From Verrucomicrobiales bacterium (lineage in GTDB: Bacteria; Verrucomicrobiota; Verrucomicrobiia; Verrucomicrobiales; SLCJ01), in the NCBI GenBank assembly GCA_046075565.1, contig JBJTQJ010000099.1, positions 1-29,545 of the forward strand: DNA of 29,545 nucleotides, read 5' to 3'. The translations under genes were made by a program, and so were the position numbers. Under the pieces are notes generated by a model, which was not told the DNA's origin, did not search any database, and saw nothing but the letters and a program-made list of their open reading frames with translations. Shown in pieces: positions 1 to 7,566 of this stretch (its first letter is position 1; the number at the start of each line of letters is the position of its first letter).

Positions 1-83
1 TGGTGGATTTCCATGGTTTTGGCATCGATATGTGGCTCAAGCGCATCGAGCGCATAGGGCAGGGGAGGAAGAGTATGTGGCAT
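1..83 (-). CDS. Fe/Mn superoxide dismutase, 5' part (runs off the window edge), no signal peptide
   Basis: Not in the ORF track. The reverse complement of 83..1 reads [28 protein letters not shown], the canonical Fe/Mn-SOD N-terminus up to the first metal-ligand His region. Confidence 0.9.
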   Translation of the reverse strand, partial: MPHTLPPLPYALDALEPHIDAKTMEIH

Positions 84-264
84 GGGAGTATTTGGCAGTG
101 TGGTTCTCAGTGCTGGGGTAAGGAGCCGGGCTGCGCGGGGCGAGCGCCGGGGCCGATACGATACGCACCGCGGACCATGGGGCATCAAGAATTTGCTTTT
201 GGCCGGTATCCTTTGAACCAGCGCTTTGGGGATTCTTCGCTTCGCTACGCCTGCCCAAGTCGGA

Positions 265-305
265 CCGGCCTTCCTGGCACAGCTTTCGCCAAGACAGGAG
301 GCCGG
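265..305. repeat. Imperfect inverted repeat / hairpin between the GH109 3' end and the sod start
   Basis: CCGGCCTTCCTG (265-276) pairs with CAGGAGGCCGG (295-305) with one bulge. It could be a terminator or a REP-like element. Confidence 0.4.
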
Positions 306-330
306 GTGAAAGGGGGCTGACCGAAACCGC

Positions 331-2142
331 TCAATCCTCTCTGGCGACCAGGATGTCCCCGTGGGAATCGGTGCCGCCATCACCCTTGATTTCGGCCTCC
401 AGTTCGTAACGCGCTCCCGTCTTCGGTTGGGGCACGGCGAACCGGTAAAGGGTGTGCACATTCGACAGCCCGGTGTGACCCGGTTGGTCGTCCTTGGCGA
501 TCACGGCGCCGTTCTCCAACAAACAAACCGCCCGGAAATCCAAACGGTGGGCACCGCTCGTGTATTGGAACTCGAAGCCGTATTCGCCGGGAGCGGTTAC
601 GAATTTGCTTACATCCCAGTTTTTGGTGACCCAATCGGGACGGAGGTCGGCCGGCATCCATCCGCCCGCCTTCACCGGCGCGGCGATGATCCTGTTCGCC
701 TCACGGAAGGCCACCGGCAGCGGCTCCATCGATTTCCATAACCCGCGGGTGAAATCGGGGATCGCTACCGGCATGCTGCCCGTGGCCACGGATAGCGCAG
801 ATAATTCCAGGATCGAACTCCATGAGGCGGCGTCATATACCACGCTGTCCGGCGTGATCCCCTGGCGGATGCAATCCAGGTGGCGCCAATTCATCACGAA
901 ATCCATGCCGCCGTGGCCGCCACCCCGGGCGCGCTCGGCCAGTTTCTTCCAAAGCGGATGGGTGTAAAGTTTCCTCATCCGCGCGAGGTCCTTTTCACCC
1001 AGCCAGTCATGGGAACCGCCGGCTTCCAAACCGTAGCGCCGCGGTTCGTCGACCGCCAGCCGCGCGGGGTAGTCGAAGAAGGTGGCACCGGTGCCGGATA
1101 GGGCGTTGATGCGGCTGTAGGGCCGCGGGCTGATCACATCGTGCTGGATCATGATCGTGCGGCCGCGCTCGGTCTTGATCACCGAGGTGTTCATGTCTCC
1201 GCAGACGTATTTCTCGCTGGCATGTTTGCCGCCGTTGGGCTTGTGCTTGTCCCGCCAGGTGTGCAGGCCCGCTTCCAGCGAACTCATCGAAACCAAGAAT
1301 TTAAACTGGTCACTGCGGCCGATACCAAGATACTGCGCCACCGGGCCAAGACCGTGGGTCGGATAGAGATTGCCATCGTATTGCCAGTGGTAGTCGCGCC
1401 GCCAGTCACCCTCCGTGCCCAATGAATAGAGCATGCCGCGCAAATCGTGAATATAGGCGCACTCGGCGTGGGTCAGTTCGCCGAACACACCCTCTCGCAC
1501 CATGTTGAGCACGAACAATTCGTTCTCACCATAGCAGCAGTTTTCCAACATTACGCAATGGCGCTGCGTGCGTTCGCTGGCGTCCACCAGCTTCCAGCAT
1601 TCGTCCACCGTCACCGCCGCGGAAACCTCCACAAAGGCGTGCTTGCCGTGCTGCATCGCCCCCAATGCCATCGGCACATGCCACGCCCAGGGTGTAGAAA
1701 CATACACCACATCAATGTCGTCGCGGGCCACCAGTTTCTCCCAGATGTGCTCGCTGCCTCCATAAACGGCCGGCCGTTTTCCGCTCGCCTTCTCGCATTG
1801 GTTCGCCGCGTTTTGCGCACGGTCGTCGCGCAAGTCGCACAGCGCCACCACATCCACAAAATCCATTTTCAGGCTGTCGTGAACATGCGTCATGCCGCGG
1901 CTCAGCCCGATGTGGGCCACACGCACTTTCTCCAGCGGCTTGGTGGTGAGGTCGTGCACGGGCTTCTGCCCGGCGGGCCGCGGCCTCGGCCGTACTATGT
2001 CCGGGCGAATGGTGATGCCGGAGGGCAAGGTCATCCCGCTGTCGGGCACGGGTGTGGCGGCGGCGCCGACAAGTCCGGCAAATGAGCTACCCAAGCCGCC
2101 AAGGGCGGTGGTTTTGAGAAGATCGCGACGAGAAGTGTTCAT
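331..2142 (-). CDS. Tat-exported GH109 (Gfo/Idh/MocA fold, NAD+-dependent alpha-N-acetylgalactosaminidase-like) with extra C-terminal beta-rich domain
   Basis: Twin-arginine signal [10 protein letters not shown] (ATG at 2142 preferred over 2244). Motifs [63 protein letters not shown], then about 120 additional residues. Confidence 0.88.
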   Translation of the reverse strand: MNTSRRDLLKTTALGGLGSSFAGLVGAAATPVPDSGMTLPSGITIRPDIVRPRPRPAGQKPVHDLTTKPLEKVRVAHIGLSRGMTHVHDSLKMDFVDVVALCDLRDDRAQNAANQCEKASGKRPAVYGGSEHIWEKLVARDDIDVVYVSTPWAWHVPMALGAMQHGKHAFVEVSAAVTVDECWKLVDASERTQRHCVMLENCCYGENELFVLNMVREGVFGELTHAECAYIHDLRGMLYSLGTEGDWRRDYHWQYDGNLYPTHGLGPVAQYLGIGRSDQFKFLVSMSSLEAGLHTWRDKHKPNGGKHASEKYVCGDMNTSVIKTERGRTIMIQHDVISPRPYSRINALSGTGATFFDYPARLAVDEPRRYGLEAGGSHDWLGEKDLARMRKLYTHPLWKKLAERARGGGHGGMDFVMNWRHLDCIRQGITPDSVVYDAASWSSILELSALSVATGSMPVAIPDFTRGLWKSMEPLPVAFREANRIIAAPVKAGGWMPADLRPDWVTKNWDVSKFVTAPGEYGFEFQYTSGAHRLDFRAVCLLENGAVIAKDDQPGHTGLSNVHTLYRFAVPQPKTGARYELEAEIKGDGGTDSHGDILVARED

Positions 2143-2506
2143 GGAAGAGTGAAGCTGATTGGACCAGCGAATACGATCACCATGCCGGGGGACTTTCACA
2201 CCCATCACCATCCGAGCCCATGATCCGGTCGGGCGCACTTTCATCGTCAGTGATCCCCACGAAACCCGGGGTTTTCATCGTGCCAGGTCACCTGCATTTT
2301 TGTGGATTGATGATCCGCTGCGGTGGCGGGTGAGCATTCCCAAATCGCTCGCTCAGAGCGACTAGCGGGTTTGCTCCGGATACAAATTCAGGGACGCGTC
2401 GATGCTTTCATTCCTGCATTCAAAATTCATGTCACAAATCCGTTCCCAGATCACAATCTGTGTAGAGCATCGATTAAAGCTCACAAACAATAGACCCCAA
2501 AAACTC

Positions 2507-2629
2507 ATGAAGATTGAAAAACATATCAAAATAGGAATCGTCTGCTGCGCTTGCCTCTTCACCCAAGTGGCCAAGGCAGAAGACACCGTCCGCTGCCAGG
2601 CTATAGTGCCAGGTATATTTAAGTTTTAA
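2507..2629 (+). pseudogene. Probable N-terminal remnant of a secreted protein (signal peptide only)
   Basis: MKIEKHIKIGIVCCACLFTQVAKA|EDTV has the basic n-region, hydrophobic h-region and A-x-A site of a Sec signal. The frame runs into the 14-bp repeat at 2602 and stops at 2629. Confidence 0.45.
2602..2615. repeat. 14-bp direct repeat copy 1 (TATAGTGCCAGGTA)
   Basis: Identical to 3293-3306. Lies a few bases beyond the transposase stop codon. Confidence 0.9.
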
Positions 2630-3245
2630 AGGCCCTCGCATACCCGCACCAGGCATACTCCGCCGGATCTTCGACCATGCCGGCCCTGACCGGATTCAAA
2701 TCGATATACGCCGAAACGATCCGTGCCGCAGCACCCAACGTCGCCAGATCCTGGATCTCCACAGCCACACTGCGGTAGCGGTCCTCCCACAAAGTGCCCT
2801 TCCTGCGATTCCGACTATTGAACCATCGGCTGAACCGCTGCTTCAAAGACCGCATGAAAATCGCCAAGTCCCCCATGCGCTTGGTAAACCGCTCCAGATA
2901 CTGCATCCGCGACGCCGCATCGGAACATTGCCCCAACACCCGCTGGATATCGGCCATCTCCGCCTTGCCGTAAATCAGCCGCAGCCGCCGCAGTATCTCC
3001 TTTTCCGATAACCCCGCCGGATCTTCCCGCTCCCGCGAAGGCAGATGCAGCAGGAGATGAAAATGATTATCCATCAAGCACCACGCCGCCACCGTGATCC
3101 CAGAAAACCCAGCATAACTGACCAGCAATTGCCGGAACTTCCGTTTCTCCTCCTCCCCGAAGATCATGCGCCGGTCCACCACACGGCTAACCACATGGTA
3201 TAACCCGTCCAGATCAGGTGGAACAAGGATGCGGGGAGGTCTCAT
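2619..3245 (-). CDS. REP-associated tyrosine transposase (RAYT, Y1/HUH, IS200/IS605 superfamily), possibly C-terminally truncated
   Basis: YHVVSR, HUH motif CLMDNHFHLLL, GTLWEDRYRS, catalytic-Tyr motif YIDLNPVRAG and YAWCGY. The ORF ends six residues after WCGY in AT-rich sequence. Confidence 0.9.
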   Translation of the reverse strand: MRPPRILVPPDLDGLYHVVSRVVDRRMIFGEEEKRKFRQLLVSYAGFSGITVAAWCLMDNHFHLLLHLPSREREDPAGLSEKEILRRLRLIYGKAEMADIQRVLGQCSDAASRMQYLERFTKRMGDLAIFMRSLKQRFSRWFNSRNRRKGTLWEDRYRSVAVEIQDLATLGAAARIVSAYIDLNPVRAGMVEDPAEYAWCGYARAFKT

Positions 3246-3631
3246 GTTGGGGTGATTTTAGCCAAAGGACAAAAATTGGCAAGCGTTTTTGTTATAGTGC
3301 CAGGTAATATTGCGATATTCCGCAGAGTGCTCGACGATGCCACGATGACCACCGCACGGTCCTTGCCAATCTCAACAATTCGGGCAAGTCGGGAGGGTGA
3401 AGCCGCGTCACTCTGGGCGGCACCGGCCAACCGAACAATGGCGGTGGCACGGTCCGGATCGATCTCCGCGAGCGCCCGGAGGGTGCTCTCCGGCAGGGTG
3501 ATGGTGACGGGATGACTCGGCACCCCGAACTTTCTCGGGCGCCCGCCTTTTCCACGTGGTGTGGTTTCGCCTGTAGGAGCGCTTTTCACATCGCTTGAAC
3601 CGGTAAGCGGGTCTTTAGGGAACATCGGCAT
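3242..3631 (-). CDS. Hypothetical protein with GRPRK / ribbon-helix-helix-like N-terminus, probably truncated at the repeat
   Basis: GGRPRKFGVPSHPVTITLPESTLRALAEIDPDRATAIVRL resembles a DNA-binding module. The last ~20 codons come from the repeat/promoter sequence. Start could be 3694 (GTG), 3631 or 3625. Confidence 0.6.
   Translation of the reverse strand: MPMFPKDPLTGSSDVKSAPTGETTPRGKGGRPRKFGVPSHPVTITLPESTLRALAEIDPDRATAIVRLAGAAQSDAASPSRLARIVEIGKDRAVVIVASSSTLRNIAILPGTITKTLANFCPLAKITPT
3255..3282 (-). promoter_or_regulatory. Putative sigma70 promoter of the transposase
   Basis: Minus strand TTGCCA-16 bp-TAAAAT, ending 9 nt before the ATG at 3245. No Shine-Dalgarno sequence. Confidence 0.55.
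3293..3306. repeat. 14-bp direct repeat copy 2 (TATAGTGCCAGGTA)
   Basis: Identical to 2602-2615. Lies just upstream of the transposase promoter. Confidence 0.9.
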
Positions 3632-3690
3632 GGCGAAGGGAATTGGAGACTCTAAGAATCCGTTGCCACGGCAGTCCAGGGCCGGCTCGA

Positions 3691-5235
3691 TCACTTCCGG
3701 AATTTCCGCGTGTAAGCGGGCAGATCGAGATCCTCGCCATCGATGACCGTCGGTTCCGACTTATCGAAACGTCCACCATCGTTGCGTGCTCCGAGCTGCA
3801 GTTCGCGTTGTCCGGCCGAATCCACCGGGGGCACGATTTCATCCAACCCGCGCGTCGGAGGACGGAGCGGCTGGCCAAGTCGGATCTGCGTGGACTTGCC
3901 GGATTCGGGCGCGGGGTCCTCGCTTGATTCTACCGGCTGCTGCGGTGCTTTCACGGTCACATGACGCGTTTCAAGTTCCGGCCGGACAGGAGCGGGCATT
4001 TCCGCTTCCTCGGGGGAGGCACTAACAACCTCCTGATACTCGGGCGTGGCCACCGGAACGACCTCCGAATCGAATGGTGACGGAAGAACACTTTGCGGTT
4101 CCGGCTCGGCGTAGGATTCCAATTGCGCCGTGGGTTCGATGATCGCCTGGCTAGACTGATGGTAGATCACCGGCGCTTCCTCGGCAGGAGAAAAAACGGG
4201 GATCGGCTCCGGAGCTCGATCGAAAACCGCAGGAGTTTCCGTGCTGTCGGCGGAGTCTTCCGGAGAGAGCGGACTGAACACCGTCACGGTCAGACCTTTT
4301 TTCATCGCCGGATCGACGGCCATGCCGAAGAAGATCTGCGCGCGTTCATCCACATGGCGTCCGAGTTCGCGCATGAGCGTCTGCACTTCGAAAAGCCGGA
4401 GGTCTTCACCTCCGGTCACATGCACGAGAACGCCGGATGCTCCCTTGAGCAAGCGACCGCGGTTGAGAAGCGGGCTCTTGAGGGCGCGCTCCATGGCTTC
4501 CTTGGCGCGGTTTTCGCCATCGGCATGACCATGTCCGAAGAGACAGTAGCCGGAGGATGGCCGGAGCACGGCGAGCAAGTCGTCGAGCCCGAGGCGAATC
4601 ATTCCCGGTTTGGTGATGATGGCGGCCACGGCGCGGACGCTGCGACCGACGAGCCGATCGGCCGCTTCGAAGGCTTTTTGCACCCCGTCGGTGGCCAGCA
4701 CCACCTCGCCCATCCGATCATTTTCAAAGACGATGACCGCATCGCTGTGTCGGCGCAGCGCGTCCAGAGCTTCGGCGGCTTGGGAGAGCCGGCGTTTTCC
4801 TTCGAAAGTGAAGGGCATGGTGGCGAAGGTAATGACCATGGCTCCCGCCTCGCGCGCGATGCGGGCAACTTCCGGGGCGGAACCCGAACCGGTGCCGCCA
4901 CCAAGTCCGGCGCAGAGGAAGATCAATTTGCGATTCACGACCGCGGCGCGGATTTCATTCGCGCTTTCGATGGCGGAGGCACTGCCGATTTCAGGATCAC
5001 CCCCGGCCCCGAGTCCGCGCGTGAGTTTGGCCCCGAGTTGCAACCGGTCGGCGGTCACACCATTGAGCAAGGCACGGGCATCCGTGTTGAGAGTCAGGGT
5101 TTCCGCGGCATCCATGCCATCCATGGCCATGCGGTCCACGATATTGCATCCGGCTCCTCCGATGCCGAGGACCTTGACGGTGGCGCCGAGCGCGGCGGCG
5201 AGAACTTGTTGGGCGTCGCGAGGAAATTCAATCAT
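3691..5235 (-). CDS. ftsZ: Cell division GTPase FtsZ (divergent T7 loop, long acidic/Pro linker)
   Basis: GIGGAGCN, NTD, GLGAGGDP, tubulin signature GLGGGTGSG, PFTFEG and C-terminal core DLDLPAYTR. Follows ftsA. Confidence 0.97.
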   Translation of the reverse strand: MIEFPRDAQQVLAAALGATVKVLGIGGAGCNIVDRMAMDGMDAAETLTLNTDARALLNGVTADRLQLGAKLTRGLGAGGDPEIGSASAIESANEIRAAVVNRKLIFLCAGLGGGTGSGSAPEVARIAREAGAMVITFATMPFTFEGKRRLSQAAEALDALRRHSDAVIVFENDRMGEVVLATDGVQKAFEAADRLVGRSVRAVAAIITKPGMIRLGLDDLLAVLRPSSGYCLFGHGHADGENRAKEAMERALKSPLLNRGRLLKGASGVLVHVTGGEDLRLFEVQTLMRELGRHVDERAQIFFGMAVDPAMKKGLTVTVFSPLSPEDSADSTETPAVFDRAPEPIPVFSPAEEAPVIYHQSSQAIIEPTAQLESYAEPEPQSVLPSPFDSEVVPVATPEYQEVVSASPEEAEMPAPVRPELETRHVTVKAPQQPVESSEDPAPESGKSTQIRLGQPLRPPTRGLDEIVPPVDSAGQRELQLGARNDGGRFDKSEPTVIDGEDLDLPAYTRKFRK

Positions 5236-5260
5236 GGCCGGAGTTGGATAGATGTTGGAA

Positions 5261-6502
5261 TTAGGAGAATAGATTCAGAAAAAACAATTTCACGCCACCG
5301 AGCATGCGCTTGAGACGGGCCAGGACACCTTCCTGCCGCGCTTGCATCTCGCTCTCGCGCAACTGCGCGTAACGGACGAGACCCACGGCCGTGCTGAGGG
5401 TCGGATCCTCGTGTGCGGCGCCGGTGCCACCAGCATGATGGGCCTGGCGGGCGGCCTGCACGGGCAATCGGAGGACTTCAGCGGCAACACGGCCAACTCC
5501 GACGAGCTGGCTGGTTCCCCCGGTAATATGGATGCCAGTGCCGATGCCTTGGAATCCGCAGGAGGCTTCGATGCGCTGGCGGAGTAGCTCAAAAATTTCC
5601 TCGACCCGCGCGTTGATGATGGAATCAAGTTCCTCGCGCTGGATGGTGCGCCCGACGAATCCCCGATCATCCGGGAGATGGATGGTCTCCGTCACATTCG
5701 GATCACCGGGCACGGCACTGCCTTCCGTAATCTTGATGTGCTCGGCCTTCGCCTGGGGCAACGAAAGCACGGTCGCGATATCATTGGTGATGTGGTCGCC
5801 GCCCACGGGAATACATCCGCTCAGCACGACCGCTCCGTCGCGATAGACCGCATAATCGGTCGTTCCTCCTCCGATATCGACCATGATGGCGCCGCGTTCG
5901 CGGGCCTCGCGGTTGAGCACGACCTGGGCGGAGGAAAGCGGAGCAAAAACCACACTCGCGACCTCGATGGTCAATTCGCGGACTCCCAGCACCGAGTTCA
6001 TCACGCGGTTGCGGATGCCGTGCACGATGTGGTAGGAAGCTTCCAGCCGGCTGGCCAAACGTCCAACGGGATCCACGACACGTTCCTGATCATCGACATG
6101 GAAATGCTGCAAAACATGGTGGAGCACGCAATGCTCTCGTGGAATGGCCACGTCGCGGCTGGCGCGCTGCACTTCCTCGATGTCGTGGGTGGTGATCTCG
6201 TTGTGATCTTCGGGCAAATCAACACCACGGCGATTGTTGAGACTGGAGATGTGATTTCCGGTCACGCTCAGGATGACGCTGCGGATACTGACGTCGCTCC
6301 GTTCTTCGGCACGGAAAAGGGCGTCCTGCAGGCAGGTTTGCACCTGGCGCAGATCGATGATCTCGCCTTTGCGCACACCACGGGAGGGCGCGATACCGGT
6401 GCCGAGGATTTTGATCGTGCCGTCGGACTTCACTTCCCCCACAACCACCGCGATTTTGGTGGTTCCGATTTCCAATCCTACATGGATCTCGTTGCGTGGC
6501 AT
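5261..6502 (-). CDS. ftsA: Cell division protein FtsA
   Basis: GLEIGTTKI, SRGVRKGEI, VDIGGGTTD, GGDHITNDI, ITGGTS and a C-terminal amphipathic helix. Start at MPRNEI (6502) preferred. Confidence 0.97.
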   Translation of the reverse strand: MPRNEIHVGLEIGTTKIAVVVGEVKSDGTIKILGTGIAPSRGVRKGEIIDLRQVQTCLQDALFRAEERSDVSIRSVILSVTGNHISSLNNRRGVDLPEDHNEITTHDIEEVQRASRDVAIPREHCVLHHVLQHFHVDDQERVVDPVGRLASRLEASYHIVHGIRNRVMNSVLGVRELTIEVASVVFAPLSSAQVVLNREARERGAIMVDIGGGTTDYAVYRDGAVVLSGCIPVGGDHITNDIATVLSLPQAKAEHIKITEGSAVPGDPNVTETIHLPDDRGFVGRTIQREELDSIINARVEEIFELLRQRIEASCGFQGIGTGIHITGGTSQLVGVGRVAAEVLRLPVQAARQAHHAGGTGAAHEDPTLSTAVGLVRYAQLRESEMQARQEGVLARLKRMLGGVKLFFLNLFS

Positions 6503-6564
6503 GACAGTGGGTCTGGGTGATGATTCGGTTCTTCTGGCGGCGAAAATGCCCATTATGCCAGAGA

Positions 6565-7566
6565 TTAGCGGCGATTCAAGATCGCACGCACATCCGGCGT
6601 GGATCGGTTGTTGGCGGGCACGGAATTGGCCGTTCCGTCGGGCGGGGTCGCCTCGCGGGCCCGGCGCACGGGCACTTTTTCCGTGGCGGCCAAGCGGATG
6701 GCGACGTTTTTGCGGGGGAGCAGGTTCGCAAAGGTGATCGTCTGGTCGAGGCGCTGGAAATGCTCGATCATGAGGACGAGGCGCCGGAAGTCCTCGATCG
6801 GCTCCTCGGGGCTCAGCCAGGCGGTTTCCCCGTTTTCGAGGGTGATTTCGAGGGCGTAACCGTTGCGCACGGCCACCTCGGCGAGCCGGGGCAAGGTGGC
6901 ATCGTTGGACCGGTCCAGATCCGTGACCAGTTCCAGGGCGGCGCGGGCGTTGCCCGGCGGCAAAATCGTGCCGGGTTCCAGGCCGGTCGCGTCCACGAGC
7001 TCGATCACGGCCAGACCGAGCAAATCGGGAGCCAGCGACTCGCAGCGGAAAAGCCGTCCATCCTCATCCACGAGCAATCCGCTGGTCGCGGTGCGCGCCC
7101 TCCATCCGGCGGGCAGACAGGAAATCCAAGCCACCGGAACACGTTCGCGCAAGGTGATGCGGAGGGCATCGGGGAGGATACGTTCCACCTCAATGGATTC
7201 AACCTGGGGCAAAGCGAGGGCTTTTTCCCGTATGCTCTTCAGATCGTATTCGAGAAGATTCGATCGCTCACGCACTCCCGTGGCGGCCATCACTTGGGGA
7301 CGCTCGATCCTGCCATTTGTCACCACCTCGACGCGATTGAGGGTGAAATGTTCGCTCTCAACGAAGGCGCGGATGAACGCGTGCCGGAGCATCAGTCCGA
7401 CGACCACCACCGCGATGAGGACCACGGCGATCTGGAAACCAAAGGCATAGAGCTTCGAACGACGGGCCACCCGGGCGCGCGTATTCTCGTTCGTGCGGAC
7501 TTTGATCAACACGTTGATGTCGTCCGGCTCCTTGGCCGGCTCTTTTGTCTTGCGGCGTCGGTTCAT
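6565..7566 (-). CDS. ftsQ: Cell division protein FtsQ/DivIB (POTRA)
   Basis: Basic cytoplasmic N-terminus, single TM, POTRA-like segment (LPQVESIEVERILPDALRITLRERVPVA). Lies between ddl and ftsA. Confidence 0.88.
   Translation of the reverse strand: MNRRRKTKEPAKEPDDINVLIKVRTNENTRARVARRSKLYAFGFQIAVVLIAVVVVGLMLRHAFIRAFVESEHFTLNRVEVVTNGRIERPQVMAATGVRERSNLLEYDLKSIREKALALPQVESIEVERILPDALRITLRERVPVAWISCLPAGWRARTATSGLLVDEDGRLFRCESLAPDLLGLAVIELVDATGLEPGTILPPGNARAALELVTDLDRSNDATLPRLAEVAVRNGYALEITLENGETAWLSPEEPIEDFRRLVLMIEHFQRLDQTITFANLLPRKNVAIRLAATEKVPVRRAREATPPDGTANSVPANNRSTPDVRAILNRR

Larger units (their letters stand above)
2602..3306 (-). mobile_element. Direct-repeat-bounded RAYT/Y1 transposase unit
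   Basis: Transposase gene plus promoter enclosed by two identical 14-mers, with AT-rich ends contrasting with GC-rich flanks. Confidence 0.65.

Noticed and set aside
3-320. ORFs 3-320 (+) and 37-258 (-)
   Set aside because: They overlap the real sod start, and their translations are not protein-like.
84-330. Possible Mn riboswitch (yybP-ykoY) or other leader RNA upstream of sod
   Set aside because: The conserved yybP-ykoY motifs were not found by eye. Only a generic hairpin is visible. An Rfam scan would settle it.
2619-3245. Classical IS200/IS605 element with tnpB or subterminal hairpins
   Set aside because: No tnpB and no clear hairpin ends. The longer protein with the YIDLNPVRAG motif fits RAYT-type enzymes better.
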